From: Planctomycetota bacterium
GTDB lineage: Bacteria; Planctomycetota; UBA8108; SXIK01
DNA length: 64,000 nt
NCBI GenBank assembly: GCA_965223845.1
Contig: CBDCXR010000004.1
Span: 7,232,001-7,296,000 of the forward strand
Direction: 5' to 3'
The notes beneath the pieces were generated by a model that ran no database searches, was not told the origin of the DNA, and worked only from the letters and a program-made list of their open reading frames with translations. Made by a program: the position numbers and the translations under genes. How positions within the stretch are numbered: the stretch's first letter is position 1; the number at the start of each line of letters is the position of its first letter. Of the stretch, positions 49,500 to 58,300 are shown piece after piece.

Positions 49500-51398
49500 T
49501 CAGTCGACGGGCGTCGTTTCGTTGACGCGCGGCGGGAGGAGCACTTCGCAGGACGGAGCGGCGGGCTCGCCGCCGATGAAGCGTCCGTCGCTGCCTCCGC
49601 CGGAGAGGAGAATGCGGTCGTCGGTCGTGTTGATGATTCCGTCGGCTCCGGGGATGGCGATGTTCTTCGCGTAGACGCGCCATGCGGCCCGCGGCTGCGC
49701 CCAGCGGGCGAGGGCGGTGTTTCCGAAGGCTGAGATCACGTCAGTGGTGGGCGTATTGCCGTCGAGCGTGAGCCAGGTGCCGATGATGCCGAGGGGATTG
49801 TTGACGGTTCGATCGCTGCGGAGCTCGCGGGGCGAGAGCTCGAGGATCGTCGCGGCGCGGAGATTGAAGAAGGGATCGAAGACCGTGCCGGTGCTGATCG
49901 GCTCGAACGGGTAATAGCCGCAACCGCCGACTGGAATGATGTGAGTCCCCGAGAGCGCGAACACCCACGTGGTGACATCGGGTTGGTCGGGGACGGTGAG
50001 CATGTGCCGGGGGAGCGAAACGGGATTGGTCTGGCAGCGCCCGACGAGGTAGTCGAAGGGGAAGGCGTTCGCCGGCGGCTCGACGCCCTGGACCTGGGAG
50101 AGGGTCTGGAGGTCTTCGACGTTGAAGAACTGGAGCCCCTGCGCGGGTCCGAAGCCGGTGAACGTGCAGATGAAGAGCTCGTCGTTCTGGTTGAACAGCG
50201 TATCGGGACAAACCTCGTCTGAGTTTCCGTGCGTGATGAGGATCGCGTTCCCCATGCCGCGGATCCCGTCGATGGTGAAGTCGTTGAATCGTCCGAGATT
50301 CATGATCGCCGGAGTGTCGACGCGCGGCGAGCCGAGGGAGACGTTTCCGGCCTGGGTGACGATGCGCGTGAGCGGATCCATGAACTCGACGACGGTGAGT
50401 CCGTCGGCCTCTTCGCGTCCGACGGCGGTGTAGAGCTTCGTCTGGGGCGCCGCCTGTCCGGTGAGGGTCTGGAACCCTCCGGCGAAGATGACGATGTCGT
50501 CGGCCGAGCCGAGCACCTGGTCGAAGCCGGCGACGCGATTGGTGTCGTGTCCGGCGCGTCCGCGCGGGGTGTTGAGTGTGATCTCGCGGTCGCTGTTCGG
50601 ACGGGTGAAGGGGATGAATCGCCCCTCGGTGACGCTGAAGACCTCGAAGGTACGGAGGGACTGGAAGACGGTGCGCTGCTCTTGGCGTCCGACTTGTCCC
50701 GGCTCGATGTTGACGTTGATGATCGTGACGGTGCTGACGTCCTGACCGCCGGTGACGAGGAAGTTGCCGTTGAAGAGCTGCGTCGTGGTGTGGCGGAAGC
50801 GGGGATTCAGCATCTCCTCATCGAGGACTTCGATCGTGCGGGTGTCGGGATCGAAGAACTCGGGCTTCTCGTAGGCTCTCTGCGCTTCGGCGATGTCACT
50901 CGTCCCGCCGACGACGAGGAGGCGGCCATCCGCGAGCTCGTTTACGGTGTGGAAGATGCGCGGACCGTTCTCGAGGACCATCGGGTCACCCTCGAAGTTG
51001 GTATCGAACCAAACTCCGGTGCGAGTCTCCGGCCGGATGAGATCGGTGTCGATCGCGGCCTGGTCGTAGAACTCGATGGTATCGAGCGTCGAGAGGCCGC
51101 GCTCGTCCGAGCCGCAGAAGACGAAGACGAATCCCGTGCGGCTGAAGACGGCCTCGTGGAGGTAGCGCGGACGGTTGAGATCGGCGGTGCCGTAGTAGGG
51201 ACGGTACTGGTTCGTCTCCTCGTCGAACTCCGGGAGCCTCGGCGCTGCCTGTGAGACGTTCGTGATGCCGACGCCCTCCGCCGAGCTGCCGCCGCCGCAG
51301 CCGGAGCCGACGAGCGCCAGAGTCGAAACGAGGGCTAGAGCGGCGCCGCGGGCGGCCGCCGAGAGGTCGGTGAATCGCTTCATTTCCCGTGCTTTCAT
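49500..51398 (-). CDS. Kelch-repeat beta-propeller lipoprotein, copy A
   Basis: Lipobox GSGC; mature part differs from copy B at about 23 of ~600 residues by manual count; start may be 51383. Confidence 0.85.
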   Translation of the reverse strand: MKAREMKRFTDLSAAARGAALALVSTLALVGSGCGGGSSAEGVGITNVSQAAPRLPEFDEETNQYRPYYGTADLNRPRYLHEAVFSRTGFVFVFCGSDERGLSTLDTIEFYDQAAIDTDLIRPETRTGVWFDTNFEGDPMVLENGPRIFHTVNELADGRLLVVGGTSDIAEAQRAYEKPEFFDPDTRTIEVLDEEMLNPRFRHTTTQLFNGNFLVTGGQDVSTVTIINVNIEPGQVGRQEQRTVFQSLRTFEVFSVTEGRFIPFTRPNSDREITLNTPRGRAGHDTNRVAGFDQVLGSADDIVIFAGGFQTLTGQAAPQTKLYTAVGREEADGLTVVEFMDPLTRIVTQAGNVSLGSPRVDTPAIMNLGRFNDFTIDGIRGMGNAILITHGNSDEVCPDTLFNQNDELFICTFTGFGPAQGLQFFNVEDLQTLSQVQGVEPPANAFPFDYLVGRCQTNPVSLPRHMLTVPDQPDVTTWVFALSGTHIIPVGGCGYYPFEPISTGTVFDPFFNLRAATILELSPRELRSDRTVNNPLGIIGTWLTLDGNTPTTDVISAFGNTALARWAQPRAAWRVYAKNIAIPGADGIINTTDDRILLSGGGSDGRFIGGEPAAPSCEVLLPPRVNETTPVD

Positions 51399-51809
51399 TC
51401 GCGTAGTGAAACCCGTCCGCGCGGTCGGCAGTCGACTGCCAGAGCGATCGCGGTGCGTTCGATTGTCGAATCAGCGGAACGAAGAATCGTCAGTGCGGCC
51501 GCCCGGTCGAGCGACGCCATGGACACGCAGCTCGACGTCACCCGCAACGCGACGGAGCGCACTCTTCGTCACCAGCATCCTGTATGTCGTGGATCTCGGA
51601 AAGAGGGTGAGACCGAGTCGCCGGCCGTACGCCGTCCGCTCGACGGGTAGACCGGCACTCCGAGCCCCGCACCCACACGCCACATCTAACGATCGCGGAC
51701 ACGCGAGCGAACGCTCACCGCATCGGAGACCGAAACGAGAGGATGGAAGAGCGGGGATCTCGAGGCGAGAAGGTGTCCATTGTACCGGGGCACGATGACA
51801 CCTGCAGCC

Positions 51810-51841
51810 AAAAAAAGACCGCCCCCCGCGGGGTCGGCGGG
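51810..51841 (-). terminator. Probable intrinsic terminator of the gspD-J operon
   Basis: Minus strand GC stem ccgcc...ggcgg followed by TCTTTTTTT, about 65 bp after the gspJ stop. Confidence 0.6.
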
Positions 51842-51904
51842 TGCCGCTAACCCGCACCAGGGAACGGGTTACGGCGCCGTGCGGAGAGGCTCCTCAGGGC
51901 CACT

Positions 51905-53089
51905 CTAACGTCGTCCGGACGGGCTGATCTGGACGCCCGAGCTGCCGCGTCCGCCGCCGAAACGCCCTCCGGCGCTCCCTGGGCCGCGCCCTCCGAACCG
52001 CCCCCCGCCTCGTCCCGGACTCCGGGCGCCCCCATCGCGGCCGCCGCGGCGTGAGAATCTCCCTCCACGCTCGCCGCCGTCACCGGGATTCGTGCTGCTC
52101 AACCCGGTTCGAGTCACGATCGGGTCGTCCCCGTCCGCACCGCCGAATCCGGCGTCGCCGGCCGCGTTCGCGTCTGCGGCCATGCCCTCGACGTCCACCG
52201 CGAGCCGCTGCGATCCGATGAGAGGGATCGTCGCCGCGAAGGTCTTCACCTGCGGCGCGCCGCTCCGGTCGAGGTCGAGCTTGTTCCCCTGCCCGAGAAA
52301 GACGCCGATCTCGATCCGTACGGCGACCGGCACCGCCGTCGGAGGGAGCACGGACGGTTCCTCGTCCTCGGGCGCCACGCCCGGAGCGCTCGCGGCGGCG
52401 TCGGAGACTCGCCCGATGCGACCCTCGCGCTGCTCCGCCATCTCGGTCATGCGGATCTCTTCCTCCTCGATGCGCGCGACGGAATCCCAGTCGTCGTACC
52501 ACATCTCCCCGTCGAAGCAGCTGATGCTGATGTAGCGAATCTTGTCGTAGACCTCGTACGCCACGCCGGTCGACTCGAGCGGGCCGTTTGGATCGAGCTG
52601 CGCCATCTCCTTGCGGAAGAGCGTGTACGCTCGCGCGTCCGTCACGGCGGGATTGTGACGGAGGAAGTAGTGGACGCCCATGATCGTCCGGAGCTCGTAG
52701 ACGACGTTCGTCCCGCCGACCGCCTCCTCGATGGGGGTCGGCTCCGTGGTCGTGAGAAAGAGGATTTCGTCCTGCGCCTCTTCTCCCGAGCCGGTGTCGG
52801 CGATGCGAAAGACGTCGCGCCCGAAATGGCGGAAGTAGGTCCCGGCGAGATCTCGCCGGAAGAGCAACATCACCCCCTCACCGATCTTCTCCGGCTGAAC
52901 GATGCGATCGACCTGGCGGTGCGTGTCGAGGCAGTCGATGATCACGCGGTACGACACCGTCAGCACCGTGAGGAGAAGCGCCATCACGACGACGAGCTCG
53001 ATGAGAGTGAAGCCGATCGCTCGCGCGGCGAACGCTCCGCGAAGCCTCAGCTCGGAAACGACTCTCGGATGTCTCACTCTCACTTTCAC
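51905..53089 (-). CDS. GspJ-like minor pseudopilin with Gly/Arg-rich C-terminal tail
   Basis: G/FTLIELVVVMALL N-methylation motif; FDGEMWYDDWDS and PVAVRIEI; start uncertain. Confidence 0.75.
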   Translation of the reverse strand: MKVRVRHPRVVSELRLRGAFAARAIGFTLIELVVVMALLLTVLTVSYRVIIDCLDTHRQVDRIVQPEKIGEGVMLLFRRDLAGTYFRHFGRDVFRIADTGSGEEAQDEILFLTTTEPTPIEEAVGGTNVVYELRTIMGVHYFLRHNPAVTDARAYTLFRKEMAQLDPNGPLESTGVAYEVYDKIRYISISCFDGEMWYDDWDSVARIEEEEIRMTEMAEQREGRIGRVSDAAASAPGVAPEDEEPSVLPPTAVPVAVRIEIGVFLGQGNKLDLDRSGAPQVKTFAATIPLIGSQRLAVDVEGMAADANAAGDAGFGGADGDDPIVTRTGLSSTNPGDGGERGGRFSRRGGRDGGARSPGRGGGRFGGRGPGSAGGRFGGGRGSSGVQISPSGRR

Positions 53090-53114
53090 TGATTCCTACT
53101 CTTACTCACTCTCA

Positions 53115-53163
53115 CTCTCTTCCTTCATCTTCCTTCGCGTACTTCGCGATCTTCGTGCGAATC
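53115..53163. repeat. Solo arm of the CGAAG-unit repeat found at 30263-30528
   Basis: Minus strand gattcgcacgaagatcgcgaagtacgcgaaggaagatgaaggaagagag aligns with gattcacacgaaggacgcgaaggaccgcgaagagagacgaaggaagagag. Confidence 0.75.
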
Positions 53164-53178
53164 CTCTTCTTCTTCCAA

Positions 53179-53787
53179 CTATCGCATCAGATTCGGATCG
53201 CCGTGAAGCGGCGAATACTGCCCTTGGAGGTAGAGCTCTTCCTGCTCGTAGTACCACTGCTCGTCGGGAAACGTCCAGACGACCATCTCGTAGACGGAGT
53301 ACTCGCCGTCGTCGCGAATGAGCTCCCGCGAGCGAAGCCTCGATGCGGCCGTCGAAGTCGAGCTCGCGGTGGATTCCCCGTCTTCGGTCGTCCCTTCGAT
53401 CTTTTGCGGCGTTCGAATCTCGATGCGGTACTCGAGGAGAACTTGCTCGCCGCTCCCGACGAGCTCCGGCGCCGGAATCGTCCACAGCCACTCCGGTCGA
53501 CCCTCCGCCGCGAAGTCTCCGCTCTCCTCCTCGTCGTAGTAGATGCGATCGAAGAGGCGTCGCTGCGCGAGGTCGCGGAGCTCACGCTGCTGCGTAATCT
53601 TGATCGTCCGCACCTTGGAGCGCGAGAGGATGAGCAGCATCGGAAGGAGGAAGCTCGCGAGGATCGTGACCGCGATCACGATCTCGAGCAGCGTGAAGCC
53701 CCGCCGACGATCGAGCGCAGACGGCGCCGCGCCCGGCGACCGAACGAGATTCGAGAGCAGCGAGGCGCGTGGCGGCATACGGTTCAT
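53179..53787 (-). CDS. GspI-like minor pseudopilin
   Basis: RRG/FTLLEIVIAVTIL; SGDF motif; ATG at 53787 overlaps the gspH stop (ATGA). Confidence 0.75.
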   Translation of the reverse strand: MNRMPPRASLLSNLVRSPGAAPSALDRRRGFTLLEIVIAVTILASFLLPMLLILSRSKVRTIKITQQRELRDLAQRRLFDRIYYDEEESGDFAAEGRPEWLWTIPAPELVGSGEQVLLEYRIEIRTPQKIEGTTEDGESTASSTSTAASRLRSRELIRDDGEYSVYEMVVWTFPDEQWYYEQEELYLQGQYSPLHGDPNLMR

Positions 53788-54389
53788 TCCTCGTACGTCT
53801 GGAATCCGACTTCTTCCGCGGTCTCGTAGAACTCGATGAGGCCAGTGATCGCGTTGCATTTGATCGTGATCACGTGGCCTTCCTGGCCCTCGACGACGAC
53901 GATGTGGCTCCCAGCATTTCCGAGCGGTGAGAACATCAGGTTCACGATGCCCGTTTCGACCGAGTGGCTCCCGGCGAGAATCACCTGCCGGATGCGGACT
54001 CCCGGAGGAAGCGCCGTTTTCGAGAGGAGCTTTCGGTCCTCGATCGGCTGATCGGGATAATCGTCGGGCGCGGGCGGAATGATGCGGTAGACGGACGGCG
54101 GGTCCGATTCCGCGCTCGTCGCCGGGGGAGTGAGATCGTAGTGGATCCCCATCCACTTCCCGCGGGAGATCGCCGTCAGCCGTACGTTCTCCATCGTCGA
54201 GCCGAGGAGTCTCGCCGCCGTGCGCACGCGGTACTTCGGCGTGACGCCGCGGAGGGAGATGAGGCTCATCGAGAAGATGATTCCGAGAATGGAGATGACG
54301 AGAATCAGCTCGAGCAGCGTGAACCCGCGCGCCGCACTCACTCGAGTGCGGCGCCGGACGGATTCGAGACTGAGGAGCGGGTTCGTCAT
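53784..54389 (-). CDS. GspH/FimT-like minor pseudopilin
   Basis: RG/FTLLELILVISILG; RTAARLLGSTMENVRLTAI; LMFSPLG. Confidence 0.78.
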   Translation of the reverse strand: MTNPLLSLESVRRRTRVSAARGFTLLELILVISILGIIFSMSLISLRGVTPKYRVRTAARLLGSTMENVRLTAISRGKWMGIHYDLTPPATSAESDPPSVYRIIPPAPDDYPDQPIEDRKLLSKTALPPGVRIRQVILAGSHSVETGIVNLMFSPLGNAGSHIVVVEGQEGHVITIKCNAITGLIEFYETAEEVGFQTYEE

Positions 54390-54437
54390 TCGCTCGGACC
54401 TTCGCTGCCGCGAGCGCGCGGCAGGGCGGGGACGCGA

Positions 54438-54899
54438 TCAGAAGTCGGCGCCGGCTTCGCGGTCGGGCCGGATGATGTCGGCGTTGTCCTTCTCCCCACC
54501 GGGCTCGCCGTCGGCGCCGTAGCAGGTGACGACGGGGCCGTCGTCGAGGATTTCGTAGACGTACTCGTTCCCCCAGGGGTCCTTCGGATACTCGTCGAGC
54601 GTCGCCGAGTAGCTTCGTCCCTCGGGATCCTTGGCATCGATCATGTCTTCGATCGACTCCGGGTAGCGCCCGCTCTCCGTGTAGATCGCCTCGGCGACCC
54701 GCAGAATCGCTTCGATGTCCGCGGTCGCGGTCGTCACGCGGCTCTTACCGACGAACCCGGACGTCCTCACGACGACCATGCTCGCGATGATGCCGATGAT
54801 CGTGATCACGACGATGAGCTCGAGTAGCGTAAATCCGGCGGTCGCCGACCGATCTCGATCGAGACGGCGGAGCCGCGGTAGGAGGGTGGAACGTGTCAT
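54438..54899 (-). CDS. gspG: Major pseudopilin GspG
   Basis: AG/FTLLELIVVITIIG; GRYP, PKDPWGNEYVY and YGADGEPGGEKDNADI. Confidence 0.9.
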   Translation of the reverse strand: MTRSTLLPRLRRLDRDRSATAGFTLLELIVVITIIGIIASMVVVRTSGFVGKSRVTTATADIEAILRVAEAIYTESGRYPESIEDMIDAKDPEGRSYSATLDEYPKDPWGNEYVYEILDDGPVVTCYGADGEPGGEKDNADIIRPDREAGADF

Positions 54900-54920
54900 G
54901 GGTGAGGTCCTCTCTTCTTA

Positions 54921-55098
54921 GACAGTGTCAGAAAATCACTGAGCCGATTCGCATCCGGCTTCACGCGGCGTTCGGTCGCTTCCCGGCCGGGGATTCCTCG
55001 GCGTAGCGCTGCTCCGCCTCCGGATCCGCCCCGTCGTTCGCGACCCGATCTGGCGCAAATCCGATCACCTTTCGGCTGGGTGATTCTCTGACACTACC
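54921..55098. mobile_element. MITE-like element, 178 bp, with imperfect terminal inverted repeats and TTA flanks
   Basis: agtgtcagaaaatcactgagccga (54924-54947) vs reverse complement of 55072-55095, agtgtcagagaatcacccagccga (21/24); TTA at 54918-54920 and 55099-55101; no ORF. Confidence 0.6.
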
Positions 55099-55272
55099 TT
55101 AGCCATTTCCCGTCTGCCATTTCTTGCGATTCGACGCCGCTCGTTCGCGCGTCGCCTCGCTTCGATTCGCCCCCGGCGCGGGCGCCGGACAACGGCGTCA
55201 CGCTTGGAATTCTTCATCTTAGGGCCGGCCCTCGTCACCCTCAAGCGGTGCGGGAGTGCCGACCCGAATCGG

Positions 55273-56511
55273 TCAGATGCCCGAGAAGTCGAGCAGGGGA
55301 AGCAGCACGGCCGAGATGATGAACCCGACAACCACCGCGAGCACGATGATGATGATCGGCTCGATCGCTGCCGTGAGCTTCTGGATCGCAAAGTCGAGCT
55401 CTTCTTCGTAGCTCTCCGAGAGCCGGTCGAGGATCTCCTCGAGCTGACCGCTCTGCTCGCCGACGGAAACCATGTATCCGACCATCGGCGGAAAGATCTT
55501 CGAGCGCTTGATCGGAGTCGCGATGTCCGCACCCTCGAGGATGCGCCCATGAATGTCGTTGATCACCTTGGTGAGGCGCGCGTTGTTGACGACCAGCGCG
55601 ACGATCTTGAGCGCGTCGAGCGCCGGGAGGCCGCTTTTCAGAAGCGTCGCGAAGGTCATCGCGAAGCGCGAGATCGCCTGCTTCGAGAACAGATTCCCGA
55701 AGAGGGGCATGCGGAGCAGCATCGTGTCGAATTTGAGCCTTCCCGCGTCCGTCGCCACGATCGCCTTCACGAAAAAGAAGAGCGCGGCGACGCCGATGAA
55801 CATGATCCACCAGTAGTCCGCCATAAAATCGGAGATCCCGACGAGGATCTCGGTGACGAACGGGAGCGGCTGATTCCGGTCCTTGAGCACTTGCGTGATG
55901 CGGGGGACGACGTACGACATGAGGAAGATCACGACGCCCGTTCCCACTACGACCATGATCAGCGGGTAGGTGATCGCCGCCATCACCTTGCCCTTGAGGC
56001 TCGCTTGCTTCTGTACGTACTCGGCGAGCTGGCTGAGGACGGTGTCGAGATTTCCACTCGCTTCGCCCGCCCGCACCATGTTGACGTACAGATCGGAGAA
56101 ATAGCGCGGGTGCTTCGCGAGCGCCTCGGCGAGATTGTTTCCCGTTGTGATCTCTTCCTTGACGTTTCGGAGAACCTGCTCGAAGTGTCGGTCGACACAC
56201 TGCTCGACCAGCGCGCGCAGGGCGTCGGCAAGCTGAATTCCGCTCCGGAGAAGCGTCGAGAACTGCCGCGTGAACGTCGCGAGGTCACGGCTGCTGATTC
56301 CTCGCTCGAGGGTGAGATCGAGCGAAAGCTTGCCCGACTTGCCCTTGGCGCCGCGTGACTTCTTGCCCTTCTTCGCGGCTTGCCAGATCTCGGTGACGAG
56401 AACCTTGTCCCGGCGGAGCTTGTTTCGGGCATCCTTCGCGGTATCCGCGTCGATGATGCCCTTCGTCGCCTTGCCGGCGTGGGTGAGCGCTTTGTACTCG
56501 TAAACCGGCAT
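55273..56511 (-). CDS. gspF: T2SS inner-membrane platform protein GspF
   Basis: MPVYEYKAL, FTRQFSTLLRSG, AGEASGNLD, YP, VGEQSGQLE and IEP motifs. Confidence 0.92.
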   Translation of the reverse strand: MPVYEYKALTHAGKATKGIIDADTAKDARNKLRRDKVLVTEIWQAAKKGKKSRGAKGKSGKLSLDLTLERGISSRDLATFTRQFSTLLRSGIQLADALRALVEQCVDRHFEQVLRNVKEEITTGNNLAEALAKHPRYFSDLYVNMVRAGEASGNLDTVLSQLAEYVQKQASLKGKVMAAITYPLIMVVVGTGVVIFLMSYVVPRITQVLKDRNQPLPFVTEILVGISDFMADYWWIMFIGVAALFFFVKAIVATDAGRLKFDTMLLRMPLFGNLFSKQAISRFAMTFATLLKSGLPALDALKIVALVVNNARLTKVINDIHGRILEGADIATPIKRSKIFPPMVGYMVSVGEQSGQLEEILDRLSESYEEELDFAIQKLTAAIEPIIIIVLAVVVGFIISAVLLPLLDFSGI

Positions 56512-56515
56512 CGGG

Positions 56516-58216
56516 TCAGAACACGTCGAGCTGGGTGACGCGGAAGACCTCTTCGATGGTCGTCCGGCCTTCGACCACGCGGCGCGCTCCGTCCATCCGC
56601 AGCGTTTGGAGACCGCGCTGGACCGCCGACTGCTTCATGACCGAGCCGCTCGTCCGCGTGATGATCTGATCGCGCGCCTCTTCGTCGATCTCGAAGATCT
56701 CGTAGATCGCCGTTCGATCGAAGAGCCCGCGGCCGAGACAGTTCTCACAGCCGCGGCCGCGCCACAGCTGACCGTCTTCGAGAATGTCGCGCGTCACGCC
56801 GAGCTCGCTCAGCTGCGCGTCGGTCGGCACGTAGGCTTCCTTACAGTACGGGCAGATGAGGCGCACGAGACGCTGGGCGATCACCGCGATCACCGCGGAC
56901 GCGGTGAGGTACGGCTCGACGCCGAGGTTGATCATTCGGCTGATGGCACCCGTCGAGTCGTTGGTGTGGAGGGTGGAGAACACGAGGTGACCCGTATTCG
57001 CCGCCTGAACGGCGATGCCGGCGGTCTCTCCATCGCGGATCTCACCGACCATCATGACGTCGGGGTCTTGCCGCATGAGCGAGCGGAGACCCGATGCGAA
57101 CGTGAGGCCCTTCTTGTTCGACACCTGGATCTGGCTGATGCCGTCGATGTTGTATTCGATCGGGTCCTCGATCGTGATGACGTTCTTCTCCTGCGAGTCG
57201 ATCTCGGCGAGCGCGGCGTAGAGCGTCGTCGTCTTACCGCTTCCGGTCGGACCCGTGATGAGAATGATCCCGTGCGAGTAGTTGATCAGACGGCCCATCT
57301 TCTCGAGCGCCTGATCGCTGAGGCCGATCTCGTTCAGGCGGTAGAGGCGCGCGCTCTTGTCGAGAAGTCGGAACACGACGCGCTCGCCGCTCGACGTCGG
57401 CACGGTGGAAATACGGACGTCGACTTCACCGTCGCCGACCTTGATCGTCGTCCGGCCGTCCTGCGGGAGGCGCCGTTCGGCGATGTCCATCTTCCCCATG
57501 ACCTTGACGCGGCTGATGATCGCGTCCTGGAACTTCTTCGGGATGACCTTCGCCTCGTAGAGGATGCCGTCGATTCGGTAGCGCACCTGCAGCCGGTCCA
57601 CGTACGGCTGGAGATGAATATCGCTCGCCCGAATCTTGAGCGCCTCGAAGAGGATCGTATTCATCAACTTGATGATCGGCGGCTTGTTCGCGATATCGAG
57701 GACGTCCTCCGACTCGTCCACGATCTTCGTGAGGCTGATCATGTCGTCTTCTTCGATGCCGTCGAGCAGCTCTTCGACATCCGTCGACGCGCGTTGATAC
57801 GCCTTGTTGATGAGGGACGTGATCTGTGCGCGCGGTGAGAGAATCGGCACGATCGTCGCCGACAGCATGCTCGAGAGCTCGTCCATCGGATGGATATCGA
57901 GCGGATCGCAGGTTGCGACCTCGAAGGTGCCGTTCTCGCGACGGAGTCCGATCAGGTTGTAGTTTCGCGCGAAGTGGGACGGAACGCGCTGCGTGAACTC
58001 CTTGGGGACTTCCACCGCTTCGAGGTCGTTCTCGATGTCGAGACGGAGAGTTCGTCCGAGCGACTCGAGGAGATCGTTCTCGGAGACGTACCCCTTCGAG
58101 CGAAGAACGCGATCGAGCGGTTCGCCGGTCTCGCGGCTGATGTCCTGACAGTCTTCGAGCTGCTTTTCGTCGAGGAGTCCCTCGTCGATGAGAGTCTGAA
58201 AGATGCTGAGCTTCAT
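56516..58216 (-). CDS. gspE: T2SS ATPase GspE
   Basis: ASDIH, MDIAERRLPQDGR, GPTGSGKTTT, RQDPDVMMVGEIRD, TGHLVFSTLHTND and CPYC...CENC. Confidence 0.93.
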   Translation of the reverse strand: MKLSIFQTLIDEGLLDEKQLEDCQDISRETGEPLDRVLRSKGYVSENDLLESLGRTLRLDIENDLEAVEVPKEFTQRVPSHFARNYNLIGLRRENGTFEVATCDPLDIHPMDELSSMLSATIVPILSPRAQITSLINKAYQRASTDVEELLDGIEEDDMISLTKIVDESEDVLDIANKPPIIKLMNTILFEALKIRASDIHLQPYVDRLQVRYRIDGILYEAKVIPKKFQDAIISRVKVMGKMDIAERRLPQDGRTTIKVGDGEVDVRISTVPTSSGERVVFRLLDKSARLYRLNEIGLSDQALEKMGRLINYSHGIILITGPTGSGKTTTLYAALAEIDSQEKNVITIEDPIEYNIDGISQIQVSNKKGLTFASGLRSLMRQDPDVMMVGEIRDGETAGIAVQAANTGHLVFSTLHTNDSTGAISRMINLGVEPYLTASAVIAVIAQRLVRLICPYCKEAYVPTDAQLSELGVTRDILEDGQLWRGRGCENCLGRGLFDRTAIYEIFEIDEEARDQIITRTSGSVMKQSAVQRGLQTLRMDGARRVVEGRTTIEEVFRVTQLDVF

Positions 58217-58300
58217 GCGGGTGCCTCCCCGCGCGGGGGAGGCCCTCCCTGGCGATCGAAATCTCGCGCGGGCCGCGTGGAGCGGCCCGGTCCGGTCAGT

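Noticed and set aside
45684-51398. Diversity-generating retroelement (relic or second copy as template repeat)
   Set aside because: No reverse transcriptase in the window, and differences are not adenine-specific (e.g. TGC/TGT, TTC/CTG); the relic differs mainly at synonymous sites and has an indel.
44564-51398. Polymorphic toxin-immunity pairs
   Set aside because: The kelch C-termini are nearly identical, no toxin domain is evident, and the downstream partner is invariant rather than co-varying.
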